Under the pieces are notes generated by a model. The model made no database searches. It was not told the DNA's origin and worked only from the letters and a program-made list of their open reading frames with translations. From Octopus sinensis (Eukaryota), in contig NC_043002.1 of assembly GCF_006345805.1 (NCBI RefSeq), forward strand, positions 38,378,001 through 38,442,000: a DNA stretch of 64,000 nt, given 5' to 3'. The position numbers and the translations under genes were made by a program. This document shows, piece after piece, positions 55,371-64,000 of this stretch; within the stretch, counting starts at the first letter, position 1, and each line of letters begins with the position of its first letter.

Positions 55371-56657
55371 CGTCGTCGTCGTTGTCGTCTTCTATATCGT
55401 TGCTGTATATTAGCAAAATTTCAGCGCTGATAGAAAATTATGAAGACAAGTATCTTGTATTTTTTTTTTTTTTAGATATAGTGTTATGTTCGATGAAATA
55501 TTAATAACTCAAATGTATGAACAGTGACAACGAGTCTTTGAAGTAAACGAATATTTCGACTTCATCACAAAATGATTTCACCGGCTTCATGTAGAGAAAT
55601 CAGTGCAGCATCAACAAGGAAAACGAAATAAATTTGGGGTGGTGATATGGACGTGAAACAGTTTGCCACAAAGAAACATATCCTAAATATGTTGTGCAGC
55701 ACGCCATAGAACAAAAGGAAAACAAATAATTTAAAACATTTAAATAACTGGAATGTACCCAGAGGTTAGAAAGTATCGTACTTTTCATTGTAACATTTTG
55801 CAAGTACACAAAAAGTGTTTGGATTATTAAACTTATTGAACTATTTATTAATGAAGCTAGAACAACACTTAAATAGGTCACTGAGATTGAAGTCATTTTG
55901 ATACTTAACTAAACAAAAACAAAGAAAAGCAAAAAAGAAAATTATCCCGTAAAACGTCGAAGCCGGAGTATTCATGCAAACTACAAAAACTATATTTATA
56001 AATGTCGATTTCAATGATATTGTGGGGGTTAAATTGTCATCTGAAAATAACAACACAACTCACGTCAAAAATAACAATAGATCCAGAAGGGTCATATGGT
56101 TGTAAACCGAACTGCTGCTGGACAAAAATATACCTTTAGATTGTAAAAGGAGAGAGAAAGATTTGAAACTGATGTTGGTCGATAACCAGAAGCTCTACAT
56201 CGTGGTCTTTGCTCATATGATCGAATAAATTTAGTTATATGTAAAGTAACATCAGTAATATGTTCGGACGTTAAACGCATCATGAATATATTGCATGTAA
56301 TTCGAAAGACCAAGACAGAAGAAGGAATTTCAAAAGCATTTTCAGTCCCTGTAAGAAAATGAATATTTAAAGGAGACTCCCGTAACCCAATGCTTTCCTG
56401 TTTTAGAGCAATCCTTTAACCAAATTACTAAACCATACAACATTTGGATACAAATGCTATGATAGACCAACTAAACATCGTTTGTCTATGGATGATCTCT
56501 AGTTGTATACTGAGGGTGATGAAAAATGCAAAGGCAATTATGTAGACAAATGTACAAGAACCAACGTTTAGAAATATATTAGAACCTCGATTTTCGAACA
56601 ACTCTGATCACAAATAGATCGTACTTTATCTCCTGTCTTTCTCATATTCAGTTAATA

Positions 56658-56700
56658 CAGTAGTACCTCGGTTTGCAAACGCCTATGATCACGTGCTTTA

Positions 56701-56734
<34 letters not shown>

Positions 56735-59612
56735 CTATCTATCTATCTATCTATATATCTATATATATATATATATCTATATATATATATATATAATATA
56801 TATATATATATATGTATATGTCTATCTACCTATCTATATATATCTATATAAACTTAGATAAACTTAGATATGTTTCGACCAAAGATTGGTCCAGGCCATG
56901 TCTAATTTAATAGCACCACCTGATAGGATTATTCGAATCCTGTTTAAGTCAAGTTTTATGTTTAAGTCAAGTTTTGTTCAAGTAGTGAGTTCTTGTTGGG
57001 TGAGTTGTATCCAATTATGGGTGGCTTATCTGGTATTCTTTGAAGGAATCTATCCAGACTCTGTTTAAAGTTGATGGGATCCTTTTCCTCTTTGATCTCC
57101 CTCGGGACAATGTTAAATAGGGTAGGGCCTGTTGAGGAAAAGAAATTATGTTGCAGTGTACATGTATGTTGTGATCTAGAATTGGGCAGGGGACGTATAG
57201 CCCGTGGTCCAAGTCTTGGATGAACCTTGAAGCTAATGTTTAGGTCGTTTGGGCAAAGTTGGCGGTATATTTTCCACATCGTACAAATGATGTAACGCTC
57301 ACGGCGACGCTGGAGGGAGTAAAGTTTCAAGGCTTTAAGGCGATCCCAATAATCGAGAGCAGCCATGCCTTCAATTTGTTTAGTGAGTGCCCTCTGGGGT
57401 GACTCAATTCTGGAGATGTTTTGTTTTGTGTGAGGAGACAACAGTGGGCAGCAGTATTCAAGGTGTGGCCGTACAAAGGAGGAAAGAAGTGGTATGATGA
57501 TACCTTGTTCTCTGGACCGGAAAGTTCTTAAGATCCAGGAACTCATCCTACGAGCTATATCAACCTTCTTGTTGATGTGTGCACTCCAACTGAGATCGTC
57601 ATCAACAATTACACCCAGGTCTCTGATATTGTTAGAGGCTGTGAGCGGTTCCCCTGAAGGAAGAGAGTATGGTTGTTTTAGTGAGGAATTTCTTCCAAAA
57701 TGCATCAGCTCAAATTTTCCCTCATTCAGTTGCATTTTGTTTCTGTCTGCCCATTGACTCACAGCATATAGATCAGACTGGAGTTGAGTTCGGTCTGCTT
57801 CTTCATTGACGATTTGCTGGAGCTTAGTGTCATCAGCAAATATTTTCACTTTGCAGTAATGTACGACACTGGAAAGGTCGTTTACGTAAATTATGAAGAG
57901 TAGCGGACCCAAAACAGTTCCCTGGGGAACACCGCTGGTGACTTTTGCTGGGTTTGAGTGGACTACATCAACTACAACATGTTGTGTTCTATTCGCCAGG
58001 AAATACTTAATCCAGTGTAGAACTTTTCCACGGATTCCAACGTTTGCCAATTTTGAGAGTAGGATGTTATGGTCTACCCTGTCGAACGCTTTACTGAAGT
58101 CAAGATTATGACGTCAGAGTTCGAACCTGTTCCCAAGGCTTTGAGTACATCTTCAATGTGGTGTAAGAGCTGTGTTAGACAGTCCCTGCCACAGCGAAAG
58201 CCATGCTGATTTGTATTTAGGAGTTTGTGGGTCTCCAGGAAGTCAGCTATCCTTGATCTTAACACTCTTTCAAACACTTTAATGATGTGGGAGGTGAGTG
58301 AGATTGAGCGATAGTTGACTGCGAGGGATCTGTTTCCCTGTTTGAAAAACGGGATGACCGACTGGGATAGAAACTGTATCGGTATATAACCTGCGTCTAA
58401 CGAATTTCTCCAGAGGTTAGTCAGAGGGACTGCAAGTTGGTATCTACATTCCTTCAGTAGACTAGCGGGAAATCTATCAGGGCCTACAGCAGAGTAATGT
58501 TTGTCTCATTTATTACTGCTACGATGTCGGTGGCAGTGAAGGTTATGTCTGAGATTTTGTGTTGGGAGTCAACTTCGTTCGTTTCCCTTACGTCAATATC
58601 AGTGGGAACACTAAAGACAGAGCAGTATTGTTTCTGCAGTATTTCTGCCATTTCTTTAGCATCGTGTTGGGGAATGCCGTTATCATCAATCAATGGCCCA
58701 ATGGGTGAGACAGTGGTTCTATGCTTATTTGCACAAGAATAGAACACTTTTGGGTTCTGTTTGATGTTTTTGATTACCCATTGTTCCTCCACAGCTCTTT
58801 GATTTTCAATGGAGGTTTTCATGTTGGTCTGCAGATGAAGTTTTCCAGCTCTAGTCTTTTCATTGTTGTTGAATGTGGATGTTGTGTGTGGGAATATTTT
58901 AATTGGTTGATTTTTTTGTTGAGTCTTTTGATGCGCCTGATGAGTGTTTTTTTCTTTTTAGGGAGCTGGTTTCTGTTTGTGTTAGTAGATTTCTTGGGAG
59001 CGTGTTTAGAGCATGTATAGGTGACAATGTTTTCAAAGTGCTGCCACGCGGTCTCAATATGAGAGGAATTTAGAGTAAAAGACCAGTCGATGGAAGACAG
59101 ATCCTTTCTGATTGTTCCCCAGTCCGCTTTGTGGAAGTTTATGTTATCAAATGGGTGCCATGGAGTGGGATTGGCTGGTTTGGTTTTTATATGTGGGGAA
59201 TTAAGATTGCAGAGTACCATGTCGTGGTCTGAGAGGAGAGTTTTTTCGACTGAAATACTGTGAACGTAGCTAGAGTGATTGGTCAATACCAGATCCAAGA
59301 TCGTTTTATTCTGTCTCGTTGGTTCAAGCACTAGCTGAGTCAGGAAATATTCATCCATCAGATTAAAGAGCAGTTCTGCTGCTGCTCTATCTGATGTAGA
59401 GCACTTGCCTGACAAATAAAAAGAAAAAGAGAAATTAGACTAAGCACAGATTGAGAAAAGCTTTAAAAAATTAATGAAATAGACATTGTTCAACACAAAC
59501 AAATGACAGAATACAAATATCAGAAACTTATTAGGTTGCTACTTAAAAACATATATATATATAAACACGATTTATTCGCGATCAGAGTTGTTCGAAAATC
59601 GAGGTACTACTG
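56658..59612. mobile_element. Tigger/pogo-like TIR pair (TA TSD) enclosing a microsatellite and the CR1 LINE
   Basis: TA|cagtagtacctcggtttgcaaacgcctatgatc ... gatcagagttgttcgaaaatcgaggtactactg|TA. The terminal 13 bp are identical. Confidence 0.72.
56851..59413 (-). mobile_element. 5'-truncated CR1-clade LINE with frameshifted ORF2
   Basis: EN C-terminus (FLTQLVLEPTRQNKTILDLVLTN, LSDHDMV), RT (NQHGFR.GRDCLTQLL, DFSKAFDRVDH, SGVPQGTVLGPLLFIIYVNDL, IFADDTKL) and the CR1-typical tail FVRPHLEYC...LYSLQRRRER. Pieces at 58819-59415, 58484-58822, 58074-58277 and 56962-58050. Confidence 0.93.
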
Positions 59613-59794
59613 TATGAGCTAAACCAGCTCTGAAGAGAGAAGGCGCAAATTTCATGATAAATAAAAAGAAAAAGAGAAATTAGACAAAGCACAGATTGAG
59701 AAAAGCTTTAAAAAATTTATGAAATAGACTTTGTTCAACACAAACAAATGACAGAATACAAATATCAGAAACTTATTAGGTTACTACTTAAAAA
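59414..59794 (+). repeat. 136-bp direct duplication (59414-59549 and 59659-59794; 4 mismatches) straddling the right Tigger-like TIR
   Basis: Manual alignment of the two copies. Confidence 0.92.
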
Positions 59795-59849
59795 AAGAGA
59801 AAAATGTCAAAAATAAGGTAATAGATATAAATACTCGAGCCGCTCGATT

Positions 59850-60000
59850 AGTAAGTTACGATTATAATATTCTCATTAGGAAGCTAACTGAATTACGAAG
59901 GGTAGATAAGAAAGCAAGAAAAACTAATGACATACAAAGAACAGGCGTAGAAATTTTATATTCACCACGAATACAGATGGGAACAAGAAACAAATTATCT
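59850..60000 (+). mobile_element. Very old R4/Dong-type RT-thumb remnant
   Basis: SYDYNILIRKLTELRRVDKKARK(L)MT...VEILYSPR resembles the R4-clade 'EL..lD.KtRK.mT...vdRLY.pR' segment. Confidence 0.45.
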
Positions 60001-61681
60001 TAAAATATTAATTGGAAGATAACTAAAATAACTAGCAAAAATATATGTTGGCCAATGTGGATAGCTACAAAAATTGAACGAAACGAAAACTTGTTCGTAG
60101 TAAAAATAACAGCAACGAAATATGGGGGCAAAAGGTTGAGGTAAGGAAGAGATGTGTACCAGGTAGAGAAACAACAGGAACTATTAACTAAGGCAAAAGG
60201 AATAAATGAGTGTAAAACTACATATATATGTATGTATGTATACATATAAACATATAAATGTTAGGGCATTGAAAGTAAAAAAAAAGCATTTGATGTAACT
60301 GAGCATAGTTGAATTGCATATAGAAGCACTTAAGAAGAATGATGCATATATATGTATAGGTTCCCATAGGATTCATGGATATAAATAATACTTAATAGTA
60401 TCCTAAGGATATGATGAGATGGTACCATAAAGATACATGCAATGACGTAACATATGTAGCATTGCTTTAATAAAAGTATAAACCTCCATCTGTGATCATT
60501 ATTGACATATATATCCTACGCTACACGAAGTACCGCTTACATATCAATTCCCGGCATGTTGGGAATAATATATGGTAGCCAGCAACAAGTAGCATAGGAG
60601 CTTTCACGAGCGCACTTGTAGACAACTGCCATATACATAATACAAACATGTATGTATGCATGTATGTATGTATGTATGTATGTATGTATGTATGTATGTA
60701 TGTATGTATGTATGTATGTTTGTATGTTTGTATGTATGTATGTATGTATGTATGTATGTGAGACCACTGCAGAGATGCTTCCGGAAAAGAAAACCGTTGG
60801 AAAACCGATTATAGAAGTGACTCGATCAATACCTGGTGATATCTGAAGAAGGAATTTTTATATTCCGAAATATTGTATCAAATTATGAATAATTAAATTA
60901 TAACAGTTATCATAGTCCATTGTTGTTATTATAGTGCATTGTTGAGCCATTCAAGACACATTATTTTTTATAAACAATACACAATACTTCAAGCGAACTA
61001 CAATACTCTCCAATGTATGTATATTTATATATATATACGTACGTATGCATCGATACGGAATAAAAGCGCTAAACAGGGCTGTACATAAATACAACTTTGT
61101 TATCAGTTCAAATATTTTTGTGGCATATTTGAACCAGTAAAAAAAAGACACTCACTGAATTTTGTCAAGGGGAAAATTTGTTCCTGTTGACATATATGCG
61201 TGGTAAAAGCATGTATGGGGATGTTAGGCGAATCTGTGGAATCAAAGTGACAGAAAATGGGTGTGAATACGAGCAAGATGATTTGATGGTAAATAATAAT
61301 TAGAGAATTTTCTGGCATTTCCCCATAATGTATGACATACTGTTGAGTACGTAAGGAGGTCAGATAAGAATGTGGACGAAATGAAAGCAGTAAGATCATA
61401 TAATTTGCAATACCACAAAGGAGTGGAAGGTAGGAATTTAAGAAATATCAGGAGCTAACCGGGATGATTAATATATTGTGGTAAAGGTGACATTTACTCG
61501 TGTGATATTTGGTGCACTTAGCACAAACTCAAACTAATACATAAGCGGAGAAAGTATATTGGAATGGAGAGGAAATTGTTGATCTGCGGAAAGTGCCATC
61601 CTGTATTCTGTTACTGAACCTCAAAACAAGATCCCTGCACATGGTTGCTTATAATAACAGTAGTAGCAGCAGAAGTAGCAT

Positions 61682-61755
<74 letters not shown>

Positions 61756-61774
61756 AAAACAATGATGACTTGGG

Positions 61775-62250
61775 GGATGCAATAATCACTCACCATTTGA
61801 GCCAGTGCAGTATACAAGCACAAAAGGTTGTAAAGGTAAGCATGACTGAGTAGGTAAAAGTGTGCACTGAGATGTTCACCGAGTGTGTGGCTTCTAAGCA
61901 ACAGGAAAGTTGCATAGGAATGTACTTGAGGCTATGCTATATAAAACCATGAAAACATAAGTTCTTATGAGACTTCCTCATACAACTGACGATACTAACA
62001 AAGAAAGATCAGATATGATTATAGAAGACAAAATAAAGAAACGGTCTAAAATCAGAGATCTGACAATTCCCTATGACAGCAGAGTCGATGTCATATAATT
62101 CATCACAAATTAGAAATATCTGGATCTAATCAGAGAGATGTAGAGAATGTAGAGTACTAAAACATCAATTATTACAGTGGTAATTGGTGCACTTGTCACC
62201 AAACCTCAAGGTAACTTTCCGGCTACATAGATTAGCATGTACAAGCTTGA
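61775..62250 (+). mobile_element. Decayed R4/Dong-type RLE-LINE 3' fragment 1
   Basis: ITHHLSQCSIQAQK..., PDMIIEDK..K..IRDLTIPYD, KYLDL and VVIGAL remnants. Flanked by (GCA)/(GTA)n and (GAT)/(CAA)/(TAA)n. Confidence 0.7.
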
Positions 62251-62254
62251 TGGT

Positions 62255-62317
62255 GACGATGATGATGATGATGATCATGATAAGACTAACAAAAACAGAG
62301 ACAACAACAACAACAAC

Positions 62318-62371
<54 letters not shown>

Positions 62372-62379
62372 AATAATTA

Positions 62380-62416
<37 letters not shown>

Positions 62417-62468
62417 TATAATAATAATAATAATAATAATAATAATTATAATAATAATAATAATAATA
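62255..62468. repeat. (GAT)n-(CAA)n-(TAA)n compound microsatellite
   Basis: Direct reading. Confidence 0.97.
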
Positions 62469-62469
62469 A

Positions 62470-63022
62470 AGACTTGTGAATGTCTTGCGCAGAAAGAGTA
62501 CAAGCGCAGACTCGACAAAGTAACCCAAAACCGTCACTGATTACTATGCCTGAAGTATGGCTACGAGGTAACGGGTGATTGGTAACGACACACACCGGAA
62601 AAGGTAATGGACAAAAGGGGGAAGGCAAAATTCCTCTGAGACTTTGGAGTCCAGACAAAGTGTTAGAGCCCTGAAGGCCAAATATAGTAACCTTTTGGAG
62701 GGACAAACGTGATTGAATAAAAATCGACGTGTCAGTGCCAGGAGATCGATATATTATCATGAAAGAAGAAAAGATTTATGATATGGAAACCTGAGAATTG
62801 AGATCGGCAAGATGTGGCAGCTACGAGAGTCAAACATAAAGTTTGTCCCTGTTGTCATCGGAGCATTGGATTCAATACCACCCAACCTGAAAACTTTAGA
62901 AATAACCTACAATCTAGGTGTATTACAAAAATCGGCATACAGGAACTGCACGCGTATTGCGTAAAGTAACGTTAGTCTGAGAGTCTGAGGTCTTTGTGAG
63001 TTGATAAACATTTCAAACATTA
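62470..63022 (+). mobile_element. Decayed R4/Dong-type RLE-LINE 3' fragment 2 with short 3' UTR ending in (TAA)n
   Basis: CLAQKEYKRRLDKV, RHTPEKV, RPNIV, IDVSVPGD, LRIEIGKMWQL, VPVVIGAL, LQKSA and TARVLRKV. Confidence 0.85.
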
Positions 63023-63047
63023 AATAATAATAATAATGATAATAATA

Positions 63048-63091
<44 letters not shown>

Positions 63092-63096
63092 TTAAT
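63020..63096. repeat. (TAA)n microsatellite between R4/Dong fragments 2 and 3
   Basis: Direct reading. Confidence 0.97.
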
Positions 63097-63106
63097 AAGC
63101 TTCATT

Positions 63107-64000
63107 AAGAAGCTTCATTCTATCATAAAGGAAAGCAAAAAATTTGCTATTGATCTCGTGCAGGATACCCAAACTGAACAACCCGAGGGAAGTACGGCAA
63201 CTATTGTTGCAAAGAAGGTGAAAATGATGGCAATGAAAAAAGCGCACGAGCAATTGGCTGATAGGTGGGAGGAGAAGCCTCTGCACGGCAAATATGTGAC
63301 CCGCAGCAAACAAGCTGATGTTGACCAGAAGCAAACCCATCAGTGGCTACGGAGCTCAGGGCTAAAAGCAGAGAGCGAAGGTTTCATCCTGGCTGCTCAA
63401 GATCAAAGCCTATTAACCCGGAACTACCAGGCCAATGTGATGAAAAATGGAGCAGACCCAAAATGCCGATCCTGCAACGACATGATTGAAACAGTGGACC
63501 ACCTAATCTCTGGATGTAAAGTCTTAGCACCAGTGGAGTATAAATTAAGACATGACAGAGTTGGCCAATATCTCCACTGGCTAATAAGTCGGCATTACAA
63601 TATCAAAACTGCCGACAAGTGGTATAATCACCACTCTGAGGCTGTAACTGAAGGAGAAAATGTAACCATTCTGTGGGACTTTCCAGTACATACAGACCGA
63701 ACCATCAAGGCCAATAAACCAGATATTGTTGTGAAAGACCAAAACAATAAAGTTTGCTTATTGATCGACATGAGCATCCTCTGTGATCATAATATCTCAG
63801 CGAAAGAGTTTGACAAGCTCAGAAAATATAAAGACCTACTCATTGAAATTGAGAAAATGTGGCATCTCAAGGCGGTTACAATACCAGTGATCGTAGGAGC
63901 ACTAGGAATGATCAAGAAGGGAACCGAAAATTATATGAGAATGATCCCTGGCTTACCATCCCTGCAAGAAGTGCAAAAGATTGTCTTAACTGGTACATCA
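63107..64000 (+). CDS. Uninterrupted C-terminal ORF of a young 5'-truncated R4/Dong-clade LINE (CCHC knuckle plus restriction-like endonuclease); runs off the window end
   Basis: 298 open codons: WEEKPLHGKY, EGFILAAQDQ, CRSCNDMIETVDHLISGC, RHDRV, ILWDFPVHTDRTIKANKPDIVV, LIDMS, KLRKYKDL and IPVIVGALG. Absent from the ORF track, presumably because there is no stop inside the window. Confidence 0.92.

Noticed and set aside
55600-56352. Hydrophobic minus-strand ORFs, a candidate exon at 56352-56134, and a PLE-like RRVIW motif on the plus strand
   Set aside because: Frames are mutually inconsistent, no family motif holds up, and AT-rich DNA readily gives such hydrophobic translations.
59400-59440. 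Strong minus-strand splice acceptor (polypyrimidine tract plus CAG) exactly at the CR1 5' junction
   Set aside because: Explained by the T-rich duplicated flank plus tca microhomology. There is no evidence of use without RNA data.
60538-61290. Candidate exons: minus 61150-61230 with GTGAGT donor, plus-strand RRICGIKVTENGC peptide, minus 60540-60625
   Set aside because: Candidates overlap on opposite strands within decayed repeat-rich DNA, and I cannot link them into a coherent protein.

Overview
AT-rich eukaryotic genomic DNA, most likely from an octopus (inferred from the tRNA-derived SINE families and very high microsatellite load; not database-confirmed). I cannot identify any intact host gene, and most of the ORF track is microsatellite or transposon-antisense noise. 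The window is dominated by transposable elements. Retroelements: a 5'-truncated Tx1-clade LINE inserted in a (GATA)n tract plus an older relative; a 5'-truncated CR1-clade LINE bracketed by Tigger/pogo-like TIRs; an RTE 3' end; a same-strand stack of R4/Dong-type restriction-like-endonuclease LINE fragments separated by trinucleotide tracts, mainly (TAA)n; two Penelope-like GIY-YIG relics; three minimal hammerhead-ribozyme motifs; and about 20 SINE copies from three families. DNA elements: a full-length decayed maT (DD37D) transposon, a Lep1-like non-autonomous Helitron and several MITEs. The most notable observations are (1) a 586-bp perfect palindrome (292-bp arms, 2-nt loop) starting next to the Helitron 3' end, (2) a nearly intact minimal type I hammerhead in a tail-to-tail pair of short TA-anchored elements, and (3) each retroelement class sitting in its own microsatellite type. 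A low-confidence chain of small minus-strand exons may belong to a host gene.
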